Shown here piece by piece: positions 28,759 to 37,482 of a stretch of 64,000 bases of DNA. Position 1 is the first letter of the stretch; each line of letters begins with the position of its first letter. The notes below the pieces were generated by a model. That model was given only the letters and a program-made list of their open reading frames with translations. It made no database searches and was not told where the DNA came from. Source of the stretch: Thiotrichales bacterium (lineage in GTDB: Bacteria; Pseudomonadota; Gammaproteobacteria; UWMA-0217); NCBI GenBank assembly GCA_050329935.1, contig JBHJOI010000079.1:5277-69276 (forward strand). The letters are read 5' to 3'. A program made the position numbers and the translations under genes.

Positions 28759-29643
28759 CTACTTCTGCTGCGACAGCTTGATCTGCGCAGGCGCCTGGAA
28801 GGTCAAGCGGTGGCGCTGGAAGATGCGCTCGAGCTCGCCGGATTGGCGCATGTCATCGAGCGCCTGATCCAGCGCGAGCGCCAGATCCCCGGCCGCGGCC
28901 TTGACCGCGCCGCCGACATCCCAGGCACTCTGCAGCAGTCCCGGTAATTGCACCGCGCCAATGCGGTAAGCCTCTCGCTGTTCGACCAACGCCGCCTCGA
29001 TCTCCGCTCGCGGCGCCATCACGCCGCCAAGCTCACCTCGCATCAGAGCCGCACAGGCTTCGCCGACACTACGGAAATGAACCACGTTGTTACGAATGGC
29101 GCCGGCCCGCGCACTGAGCAGATAAAAATCCGCCAGGGTGTCAAGCTCAACCCCGACCTTTTCCTTTTCGAAGACGCTCAACGCATCAAGTTCATCCGCG
29201 ACGCGCGGATGCAGCACGACCGCGATCTGATCCCGGTGATAAGGCGCGACGAGACGTATTCGCGAGTTACGTTGCGCGATACCGGCATCATGCGGCACGC
29301 GCAACATCAAGTCCGCGACTCCGCCGCCGAGGTAATGCCCCTTCCAGATGTTGTTGCGCAAATCGTCTTCCAATGACTCATCGGCACCGACCCCACGTAC
29401 CGCGACGCCCACGCCGAGTCGCTCCGCGACTGCCTTCGCGACGTCGACATCCACCCCCTTCATGATCCCACCCTCAACATACGAATAGGGCGGAAAGTTC
29501 GCGTACACCGCGACGTCGAGGACGCCTTTTTCCTTGATTCGCGCCATTGCCGACTGCTCGGGGTCGGCCGCGTGCGCGACCGCGCTCAGCAAGCCCACCA
29601 CCAGCGCGACAACGACGCGCGAAATCACATCGAGTGCTCGCAT
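28759..29643 (-). CDS. Quinoprotein-dehydrogenase-associated periplasmic substrate-binding protein (family 3 SBP)
   Basis: Signal peptide and a type-2 periplasmic-binding fold (KEKGVLDVAVYANFPPYSY..). Same position as in ped/exa-type clusters. ATG at 29643. Confidence 0.7.
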   Translation of the reverse strand: MRALDVISRVVVALVVGLLSAVAHAADPEQSAMARIKEKGVLDVAVYANFPPYSYVEGGIMKGVDVDVAKAVAERLGVGVAVRGVGADESLEDDLRNNIWKGHYLGGGVADLMLRVPHDAGIAQRNSRIRLVAPYHRDQIAVVLHPRVADELDALSVFEKEKVGVELDTLADFYLLSARAGAIRNNVVHFRSVGEACAALMRGELGGVMAPRAEIEAALVEQREAYRIGAVQLPGLLQSAWDVGGAVKAAAGDLALALDQALDDMRQSGELERIFQRHRLTFQAPAQIKLSQQK

Positions 29644-29659
29644 CAATCCCACCTCGCTT

Positions 29660-30088
29660 TTACTTCGGTTGCTTGATCAACCATGCGCGTATCGCCCACA
29701 CCGCCTCCTGATCGAGCACACCTTCGAACTTCGGCATGTAAGTGACACCGTTACGGATCGCACCGTTGCGCACCCGCTCGACGTACCACTCGTCACCTTC
29801 GGCATCGTCGGCCAGCAGCCGCAAATCGGGCGCGATCCCGCCCGATACGGCACCGAGCCCGTGGCAACGCGCGCAGTTCTGATTGTAGGCCGAAGCGCCG
29901 AGCGCAACCGCCGCTTCGTTGTCCTTGAAAGGGTTTCGTTCGACCCAGGCTTCACCCAGTTTCGGCAGACCCGAGGTATCGACCGGTTGCGGTGTCACGT
30001 CGCCGTGCCCCCAGGCATGACTCGCTACGAACGTAAGCACAAACCCGAGTAATGACATATAGGTCATTGAATTCAATTTAGTTCTCAT
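29660..30088 (-). CDS. Cytochrome c550-type electron acceptor of the quinoprotein alcohol dehydrogenase (PedF/ExaB-like)
   Basis: Signal peptide and a single haem site, CARCH. Directly downstream of the PQQ-ADH gene. ATG at 30088 assumed. Confidence 0.8.
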   Translation of the reverse strand: MRTKLNSMTYMSLLGFVLTFVASHAWGHGDVTPQPVDTSGLPKLGEAWVERNPFKDNEAAVALGASAYNQNCARCHGLGAVSGGIAPDLRLLADDAEGDEWYVERVRNGAIRNGVTYMPKFEGVLDQEAVWAIRAWLIKQPK

Positions 30089-30190
30089 ATCCGCACAATT
30101 CACTTTAACTACTGTTCGTCACCGACACGATCCAGTCGTGCATCACCCGAGCCTGTCGGGCGGTGCACCACGAATCATTTCTACCGCGCA

Positions 30191-32005
30191 TCAACTCTTG
30201 TGGAGTTTGAAGACCCAGACCGAACCACCCTGATTCAGATACTTGACCTGCTGTGCGACGTCACCGCCCCAGAGCGGCACGGCACCGCCCCATCCCGACG
30301 GCACCGCGATATATTGCTCGCCATCCATTTCCCAGGTGACCGGGCAGCCGACCACGCCGGAACCAGTCTGGAACTTCCAGACCTCCGTCCCCGTTTTTGC
30401 ATCGAAGGCCTTGAGAAATCCTTCCGGCGTACCGGTGAACACCAAGCCGCCACCCGTGGTCATCACGCCACCCCAGAGCGGTGCGTTGTTGCGTTGCTCC
30501 CAAACGATCTTGCCGGTTTTCGGATCCATTGCCCGCAGCGCGCCGATGTAGTCCTTGTTGAGCGGCTTGATGGTGAATCCCGCCCCGAGATAAGCGGCGC
30601 CTTTCTTGTAGGTGATCGGTTCATTCCAGAGGTCCATCCCCCACTCGTTCGCGGGCACATAGAACAAGCCAGTATCGGGACTGTAAGCCATCGGCTGCCA
30701 GTTCTTACCGCCCAGGAACGACGGCGCGACGAACACACTATCGCCCTTCTTGCCGTCGCCGCTCTTGGTGGGGTCGCCCGCGCGAACGCCGGTTTCGATT
30801 GGGCGTCCGGTCGTCAGATCGATACCCTTGGCCCAGTCGATCTGGTTGACGAACGGAAACGCATTGAGCAATTTGCCGTTGGTGCGATCGAGCACGTAGA
30901 AAAAACCGTTGCGGTCAGCATGCGCCGCCAGCTTCTTGCCATCGGCGTCGTATGACACCACTTCATTGACACCATCGTAGTCCCAGCCGTCGTTCGGCGT
31001 GTACTGGTAGTGCCATTTGATCTTACCGGTATCCGGGTCGATCGCGAGGGTCGAGGTCGAATACAGGTTATCACCCGGACGCAAATGCGCGTTCCACGGC
31101 GCTGGATTACCGGTGCCGTAGAACACCGTGTTGGTGTCGGCATCGTAGCTACCACCGTGCCAGGTCGCCGCACCGCCGGTCTTCCACAGGTCGCCCGGCC
31201 AGCTCGCGTTGGTGGTCCCAGTCAAGCCATTCTCGACCTGGGTACCGCCCTCCCACTTGTAACCCATGTGCCCCTCGACCGACGGACGACTCCAGACCAT
31301 CTTGCCGGTTTTCGCATCACGTGCCTCGACGCGTCCGATCACACCGAATTCGCCGCCGGAAACGCCCGTGATCACCTTGCCCTTGACGATGATCGGCGCG
31401 GCGGTAAACGAATAGCCGGCCTTGTAATCGTCGATTTTTTCCTTCCAGACCACCTCGCCAGTATCTTGATTGAGCGCGACGATCTGCGCGTCGAGGGTAC
31501 CGAAAATCACCAGGTTGTCGTACAACGCCGCGCCGCGGTTGATCACGTCGCAACACGGCAGAATGCCGTCGGGTAGCCGATGGTCGTACTGCCACAACTC
31601 CTCCCCGGTCCGCGCGTCGATCGCGAAAATCCGTGAATACGATGCGGTAACGAACATCTTGCCATTGTGAATCAATGGCTGCGCCTCCTGGCCGCGCTGC
31701 TTTTCGCCACCGAACGAGAACGACCAGGCCGGCACCAGATTCTTGATGGTTTCCGGGTTGATCTGCTTCAGCGGACTGTATCGCTGCCCTTGCAACCCCA
31801 TCCCCCAACTCAACACATTCGAGGTGTCTTTCGCGTCGTTGAGAACCATCGCGTCCGTGACCGCGACCGACGCGGCGACCGCTGTCTTGGTCGTGGCAGG
31901 TGCGGTCGCGTCGGCGTATACGCCGCCGCTGGCGATGAGTAGCGCAAGGGCAATCGAGCGTCGAATGAATGGATTCACGCAGTGCTCCGAGTTGGGGTGG
32001 TTCAT
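30191..32005 (-). CDS. PQQ-dependent alcohol dehydrogenase (type I quinoprotein, PedH/ExaA-like)
   Basis: 604 aa from the ATG at 32005, with GGAG 9 nt upstream. Signal peptide; vicinal CC in [13 protein letters not shown]; W-repeat propeller; close by-eye similarity to ExaA as I recall it; DGWDYDG motif. Confidence 0.9.
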   Translation of the reverse strand: MNHPNSEHCVNPFIRRSIALALLIASGGVYADATAPATTKTAVAASVAVTDAMVLNDAKDTSNVLSWGMGLQGQRYSPLKQINPETIKNLVPAWSFSFGGEKQRGQEAQPLIHNGKMFVTASYSRIFAIDARTGEELWQYDHRLPDGILPCCDVINRGAALYDNLVIFGTLDAQIVALNQDTGEVVWKEKIDDYKAGYSFTAAPIIVKGKVITGVSGGEFGVIGRVEARDAKTGKMVWSRPSVEGHMGYKWEGGTQVENGLTGTTNASWPGDLWKTGGAATWHGGSYDADTNTVFYGTGNPAPWNAHLRPGDNLYSTSTLAIDPDTGKIKWHYQYTPNDGWDYDGVNEVVSYDADGKKLAAHADRNGFFYVLDRTNGKLLNAFPFVNQIDWAKGIDLTTGRPIETGVRAGDPTKSGDGKKGDSVFVAPSFLGGKNWQPMAYSPDTGLFYVPANEWGMDLWNEPITYKKGAAYLGAGFTIKPLNKDYIGALRAMDPKTGKIVWEQRNNAPLWGGVMTTGGGLVFTGTPEGFLKAFDAKTGTEVWKFQTGSGVVGCPVTWEMDGEQYIAVPSGWGGAVPLWGGDVAQQVKYLNQGGSVWVFKLHKS

Positions 32006-32100
32006 CTCTCTGGCTCCGTTATGATCGTGGCAAGGGGCGATTTCGCCTGACCAGCCGCGGCAGCCGCGATGCGATCGGTTCAGGCGAACGCAGACATGCT

Positions 32101-32116
32101 TGCAATTACCAGACCA
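32101..32116 (-). promoter_or_regulatory. Putative sigma-54 (-24/-12) promoter of the PQQ-ADH operon
   Basis: The minus strand reads TGGTCTG-GTAA-TTGCA. GG and GC are at the exact consensus spacing (TGGCACG-N4-TTGCW). It lies about 95 nt upstream of the ATG at 32005, and a sigma-54 activator gene sits next door. Confidence 0.6.
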
Positions 32117-32240
32117 CCCTAGCGCGAAGACGTCGATGCTCGGCCGATAAGCACTCCCATGTATCTGTTTTAAAATGTTTTCGTAATCCAGGCCCACAGC
32201 CCGGCGGCCCATTACCACGGTGTTCAAACACCACCCTGAA

Positions 32241-32280
32241 GTGTGACGGAGTTGTCACGAATTCGTGACACACGGTGACA
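32241..32280. promoter_or_regulatory. Enhancer-like cluster of GTGACA/TGTCAC half-sites (candidate activator UAS)
   Basis: A perfect 18-bp palindrome TGTCACGAATTCGTGACA (32253-32270), flanked by GTGAC (32243) and GTGACA (32275). Lies 125-165 bp upstream of the -24 element. Confidence 0.55.
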
Positions 32281-32302
32281 GCAAGATCGCTGCGGCGGGC
32301 GC

Positions 32303-32445
32303 CGCTTCGGGTTGAGTAGGCGAGCGCGTCGGTAGCGGTTATGCAACTGCCGAGCCCGCGGGTATGGGCTCACGATATCTCCTGCGTACCCTGCCCTGTG
32401 CGGCTTTCAACCTCCGGGGCAGCGTCCTCGCCATGACTGTTAGGC
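32303..32445 (+). repeat. Interspersed ~145-bp repeat, copy 6 (divergent)
   Basis: CGGGTTGAGTAGGCGAGCG ... GGGCTCACGATATCTCCTGCGTACCCTGCCC ... GGCTTTCAACCTCCGGGGCAGCGTCCTCGCCATGACTGTTAGG. Confidence 0.7.
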
Positions 32446-32832
32446 GCGTAGCAAGCGGTGCCCCAAGCAGAGGCGAGAAGTAAGAAGTTCGCGCGATTTT
32501 AGGCAGGAAAAGGCCATGACAAGCACCAATTGTTGCGTCACCAACACCCCGCCCAAGCCATATTGCCTCGAGACCGCGATATTTCGTCAAAAAAATCTGT
32601 CTCTTGAATCGCTTGCCTCGTCATGATCTATAATTTTAAGGCGCGCCCGGAGCCTTCCTGACAGGGGTTCACTGAATATTCGGGATGACGACCCGACAAG
32701 CGCGCACGAAACTCACGAATTTGACATGAATACACAGAACACCAAACCCGCGAACACCGAGGCCTGCCCGCCGTCGTCGTCCAACAACCCGCTGGTCAGC
32801 ATACCGGTGGGCGCTTACTTGCAGTCGAGTTC

Positions 32833-34797
32833 ATGATTTCCGAACACGCTTACCGGATCAGCCGACTAGCGGAGGGCCGGAGCGCTCCGGATTTCGATCT
32901 CGAAGCGTTCGTGGTCGAGTCCTGGAAGCGATGCATTCAGCAATACGCGATCGATCCCATCGCCGCGCCGCGCATTCCATTCCTCGATTCCGGCGAACTC
33001 AAATACCATGTCGAGGAGATGGAGCAGCTCGCGCGAATCGCCTTGCCCGAAATGCAACAGCTCTACAAAGCCATTACCGGATCGGGTTACGCGATCATAC
33101 TGACCAACCGCGAAGGCGTGATTCTGAAATCGGTTTGCGATCCAGCGCTGGAAACCGCGTTTCGCGGCGCCGGATTGGCCCCGGGTGGCCTCTGGGGGGA
33201 ATCACACGCGGGCACCAATGGCATCGGCACCTGCATCATCGAACGGACGCCAGTCACGGTGCACCGCGACGAACATTTCCTGGCACACAACATTCATCTG
33301 ACGTGTAGCGCCGCGCCAATCTTTAATCCTCGCGGTGAAATGATCGCGGTGCTGGACTTGTCGTCGGTTTCCGGCGAAAGCGCACGTAGCGGCCAGGCGC
33401 TGGTACGCGCGCTAGTCAGCAACTCGACCCGCACGATTGAAAACCAGTTACTACTGCTCAATCACCGCGCCGATTGGATTTTTCGCTTCCACACGCACGC
33501 GGAATTTCTCGGACTTCCGCACGAGGCGTTGCTCGCGATTGGCGAGGACGACCGGATTCGCGCCGCCAACACCGCGGCCAGCCGCTATCTAGGCACCGCG
33601 AGTGTACAGGAGTTGATCGGTGAGCCGCTGGCGCGATTCGTCGGCGCCGACGCGACGAATCTGCTGACCAGCACCCTGGCCCGGGACGGTTATATCTTGC
33701 CGTTCCGAATAATCGGCAATCCCTGCCAGCTTTTCGCGACGCGTTACAACCTGCCGCGTCACACGCAACCAACCGCGGCGCCTACCCGCCACACTCGGCT
33801 CGGTCTATGTGAGGTAGCCGGCAAGGATCCGCGAATGCAGCGCACCGTGCGAAATGCGCTCCGGGTCGTCGATCGCAATGTAGCGTTATTGATTCAGGGC
33901 GAGACCGGCGCCGGCAAGGAAGTGTTGGCGCGCGCGCTGCACGACGCCAGCGAGCGCCGCGATAAGCCGTTTGTCGCGATCAACTGCGCCTCGATTCCGG
34001 AATCCTTGATCGAAAGTGAACTCTTCGGCTATGGCCGCGGTGCGTTTACCGGTGCTCGCCGCGAGGGCATGAAAGGACGTATCGAGCAAGCAAGCGGCGG
34101 CACGCTGTTCCTGGACGAGATCGGCGATATGCCTTTGGCGCTACAAACGCGGTTGCTGCGCTGCCTCGAGGACTGCGCGATCACCCCGCTCGGTAGCGAG
34201 CGCGCGGTCAACATCGACTTGCACGTCATCAGTGCCAGTCACCGCAATCTCGAGACGCTTGTTCGCGAGGACCGCTTCCGCGAAGACTTGTATTATCGCC
34301 TCAATGGTATCAGCCTTGAACTGACGCCACTGCGGGAGCGCGAGGATTGCCTTGAGTTGATCCACGAAGTGCTTGCCCGCGAAAACGATGGCGCGGCACA
34401 GGTGCGGCTCGACGAGACGGCCACCCATGCGCTACTGGCCTACTCGTGGCCGGGCAACCTTCGCGAACTAAAAAACGTACTGCGTGGCGCGATCGCGCTC
34501 AGTACCCATCAAGTCATCACGCTGAACGAACTGCCGGCGCGCCTCGCAACCTGCTTGAACACGCCCGCCACAACGCTCGCCGAGCAGACGACGACAAATG
34601 CGGAACTCGCGCCGCCTCGTTCCGCGGGGGCGAATTCGAGTGACAATCCCCTGCACGCCGCCGAAAAGGCCACCTTGTCGCGGGCCCTGGAAGCCCATCA
34701 GTGGAACGTCTCGGACACCGCGCGATCACTCCAGATGAGCCGCAACACGCTCTATCGCAAACTGAAACGACATGGGATCAAGCACCCCCCGACCTGA
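32833..34797 (+). CDS. Sigma-54-dependent transcriptional activator, AcoR-type (GAF-AAA+-Fis HTH)
   Basis: N-terminal ..ESWKRCIQQY.. with a GAF-like region. AAA+ core with GETGAGKEVLARALH, ESELFGY and GAFTGA. C-terminal HTH (..MSRNTLYRKLKRHGI). Confidence 0.9.
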   Translation: MISEHAYRISRLAEGRSAPDFDLEAFVVESWKRCIQQYAIDPIAAPRIPFLDSGELKYHVEEMEQLARIALPEMQQLYKAITGSGYAIILTNREGVILKSVCDPALETAFRGAGLAPGGLWGESHAGTNGIGTCIIERTPVTVHRDEHFLAHNIHLTCSAAPIFNPRGEMIAVLDLSSVSGESARSGQALVRALVSNSTRTIENQLLLLNHRADWIFRFHTHAEFLGLPHEALLAIGEDDRIRAANTAASRYLGTASVQELIGEPLARFVGADATNLLTSTLARDGYILPFRIIGNPCQLFATRYNLPRHTQPTAAPTRHTRLGLCEVAGKDPRMQRTVRNALRVVDRNVALLIQGETGAGKEVLARALHDASERRDKPFVAINCASIPESLIESELFGYGRGAFTGARREGMKGRIEQASGGTLFLDEIGDMPLALQTRLLRCLEDCAITPLGSERAVNIDLHVISASHRNLETLVREDRFREDLYYRLNGISLELTPLREREDCLELIHEVLARENDGAAQVRLDETATHALLAYSWPGNLRELKNVLRGAIALSTHQVITLNELPARLATCLNTPATTLAEQTTTNAELAPPRSAGANSSDNPLHAAEKATLSRALEAHQWNVSDTARSLQMSRNTLYRKLKRHGIKHPPT

Positions 34798-35017
34798 CCG
34801 ATCTCGCGCCACGCGCGCGTAAACTACACGGACCGGATGCCGGTTAGACTCCGCCATTGGACATCCGCGGTTCGGGTAAATAGCAAACGACGCGGGGGGT
34901 GTTTGATGACCCACGCGCGCAGCGTATATGCTTCGCAACGCGACCTGTCTGCACGATCCCTCGCCTTCTGGCTACTGGCTCCTTCAAATTTGCCGCTTAC
35001 CGACAGAACGTCGGCAA

Positions 35018-35989
35018 TCAATACCACAAACCACTGAATCGCGATCTGGGCGCGGAGATCCGCCTGCCGATCAAGTCCAGCAATGCGTCCAGTGCTGGCG
35101 TGCCACCGTGATCGGCCCGAATGCCGACGGACGCCCACCGCGCTGGCGCCAAGTCGCGCAGTCGCGCGATGCGGTCCTCGATCCGCGGATGGGTACGTAA
35201 CAACGAGGGGTCTGGACTACGTCGTCCGGGCAGCAGGATCTGTTCAAACACACCGTTGCCGTAGTACTCGAGTTTGCGCAACGCGGAGGCAAGCGCGTTC
35301 GGGTCACCCGTGAGTTCGACCGCACCTAGATCGGCGTCGTATTCCCGGCTGCGCGAGAGGCCAAGTTGCAGCAACGCAGTGAGCTGAGGCGCGAGTAATA
35401 ACAGCAACGCCCCCAGCCAAGATACGGTCTGACCGCCGACAATGACGAGCGGCAAATTGAGCAACAACATCAGCAGACCGACCAAGGACATACTGTGCGT
35501 GAGGCGCGACAGCGTATCGGCGAGTCCCATCACCCGCATATCGTTATTGCGGATATGACTCATTTCATGGGCTAGCACGGCGGTGATCTCGCGATCGTCT
35601 AGCCGCCGCAACAAACCGTCGGTGATCGCGATCGAGGCCTGCTCGCGATCGCCGACCGCGAACGCATTCATCGTCTGACTCGGGATGTAATAGAGACCAG
35701 GCGCCACCGGAAGCCCCGCCCGACGCGCCAACTCGGCCACGGTGCGCACCATGCCCGGCGCGGTATATCGGTCCAGCGCCACCGCGCGGTACATCCGCAA
35801 TACGAGCGTGGGTGAAATGCGCGGCGCGATGACAGCCAGCAATCCCCCGGCCAGCAGCAAACCAACCATCATCGGCGCGCCACCGAAGGACCAGCCCACC
35901 AGCGCCAAAACACCGAGTACGCCCGCCAGCATCAACACCGTCTGGATCGTATTGAGTCGTTTGTGGCGGGCGATTTCTTTCGCGTTCAT
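35018..35989 (-). CDS. M48 family zinc metalloprotease (HtpX-like)
   Basis: TM helices plus VLAHEMSHIRNND (HExxH) and a downstream E..D region. Confidence 0.8.
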   Translation of the reverse strand: MNAKEIARHKRLNTIQTVLMLAGVLGVLALVGWSFGGAPMMVGLLLAGGLLAVIAPRISPTLVLRMYRAVALDRYTAPGMVRTVAELARRAGLPVAPGLYYIPSQTMNAFAVGDREQASIAITDGLLRRLDDREITAVLAHEMSHIRNNDMRVMGLADTLSRLTHSMSLVGLLMLLLNLPLVIVGGQTVSWLGALLLLLAPQLTALLQLGLSRSREYDADLGAVELTGDPNALASALRKLEYYGNGVFEQILLPGRRSPDPSLLRTHPRIEDRIARLRDLAPARWASVGIRADHGGTPALDALLDLIGRRISAPRSRFSGLWY

Positions 35990-36095
35990 CTCGTGATCAT
36001 CATGGTGTCGGAGGCAAGCGAATCAAGTCTCTGGAACCCGAATCAACCTCGGCGACGCGATCGTCCTGACGCCAGTGCGCCGACCGCGCATGCCC

Positions 36096-37235
36096 TCAAT
36101 CCGGGTCCGAATCATGCGCCGGCCCCCGCGGTACGGCCACCACGCTCGGATCGCCCGATTGGCCCAGCGATGCAGAGACCGCGCCAGGCGCGGCCAGGTC
36201 CACGGATTCGACCGTGCTCGGGGCGCGCTCGGCCCTATCCAGTTCATCGCTAATCGCGCCTAAATCCGCCTTTAGTCGCTCGAGATCCTGTTGAATCGTA
36301 TCGACCAACCCTTTTGCCAGACGTTCCCCAAGCACCTCGTAGCGGGCATCGATCTGGTTCGAGAGGTGTTGCGCCAACAGCAGCACACCCTTCAGAGAAG
36401 GTCGCACGCCTGTCGTATCCAACACCTCCAACGACTGGCCGCGGCGCAGTATGTCGCCGAGCATGCGATGAAAGATCTGGGAGCCCGAACGTTCGCTCTT
36501 TCGCAACAAGTCGTCGGCGCGTAAATGCAAATCGTGCAAATCGCCAAGATCATTCTGCAAATCCTTGCAATGATTCAGCAATAATGCGGCCGGGGGCAAT
36601 TCGGCGACCACGGGCTCGAGGAGGTAACGCAACCGCTTGGTGAGGATTCGCACCCGATGCAAGTTCGCGGGATCGCGCGCCTGGCCTAGTTCGGAGAGAC
36701 CCTCCAGCCAAGTCCCGGCCAATAGGTCGCAGGCCGTCCCAACGACGGCCGCGAACGCGGGCGCATCGGCCGTGCGGCGCCTGCGCAAACGCTTCAACAC
36801 ACGCTTTTGCAAACGACCGAAACGCTGTTGCAGCGGCTTGCGCAGCGCGTCGAAGTGGGTATGAAATTCGACCGCATAGGCGTCATGCAGGGTATCGCAG
36901 CCGGTGTGCAGCCCTGGACCTTGCGGCAGCGCGGCGACACTTTCCTCCAGCCAGTGCAGTCTTACCTCCGCATCGCGCGCGGCATTGGTGCGTCGCGCAA
37001 GCTTGCGTAGTCGTTCGAGCCGCTTGCGGCCCACCAGACGTTTGCCGAACTCAGGGTAACTCTCGGCGATGCTGCGAAAGCGCCGCAGCGCGACACGAAA
37101 ATCATGCAAGGCGTCCGGGTCGTTTGTACGCCGCAGAGCGTCGAGCTGATCCGCCGCGATCGCCAACTGACGTTGTAGTAATCCGGCAATGGCTTCCGTG
37201 GCCGGTAGTCTGAGCAGTTCCGGTGCCTGATTCAT
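36096..37235 (-). CDS. CHAD domain-containing protein
   Basis: Repeated LHDFRVALRRFRS / LHRVRILTKRLRYLLE helices characteristic of CHAD. Confidence 0.75.
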   Translation of the reverse strand: MNQAPELLRLPATEAIAGLLQRQLAIAADQLDALRRTNDPDALHDFRVALRRFRSIAESYPEFGKRLVGRKRLERLRKLARRTNAARDAEVRLHWLEESVAALPQGPGLHTGCDTLHDAYAVEFHTHFDALRKPLQQRFGRLQKRVLKRLRRRRTADAPAFAAVVGTACDLLAGTWLEGLSELGQARDPANLHRVRILTKRLRYLLEPVVAELPPAALLLNHCKDLQNDLGDLHDLHLRADDLLRKSERSGSQIFHRMLGDILRRGQSLEVLDTTGVRPSLKGVLLLAQHLSNQIDARYEVLGERLAKGLVDTIQQDLERLKADLGAISDELDRAERAPSTVESVDLAAPGAVSASLGQSGDPSVVAVPRGPAHDSDPD

Positions 37236-37275
37236 TCGCGTCGACCTGTAAGGTTCATGCCACGGCGACTGGGGT

Positions 37276-37482
37276 TCATTTCTTGAGAAACCAGAGAATT
37301 AGCGATATCACCGCACTGACGATTATCATCGTGGTCAGCGGGAAAATGAATTTGAACCCCGGCCGATCGACCCAGATGTCACCTGGCAAACGCCCAAGCG
37401 GGAGTTTCCCGAGCCACGGCCAAAGCAATCCGATCGCCAGCAGCACAAGACCCAAAATGATCAATGTCTTCTGGAAACTCAT
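37276..37482 (-). CDS. DUF2905 family small membrane protein
   Basis: MSFQKTLIILGLVLLAIGLLWPWLGKLPLGRLPGDIWVDRPGFKFIFPLTT.. matches the conserved LGRLPGDI core. The start could be 37482 or 37500. Confidence 0.7.
   Translation of the reverse strand: MSFQKTLIILGLVLLAIGLLWPWLGKLPLGRLPGDIWVDRPGFKFIFPLTTMIIVSAVISLILWFLKK

Noticed and set aside
32726-32836. Whether the small ORF near the PQQ-ADH operon is the PQQ precursor PqqA.
   Set aside because: PqqA peptides carry a conserved Glu-x3-Tyr, and here the only Tyr (..VGAYLQ..) has no Glu four residues upstream. No pqqBCDE genes follow. I kept it only as a low-interest uORF observation.
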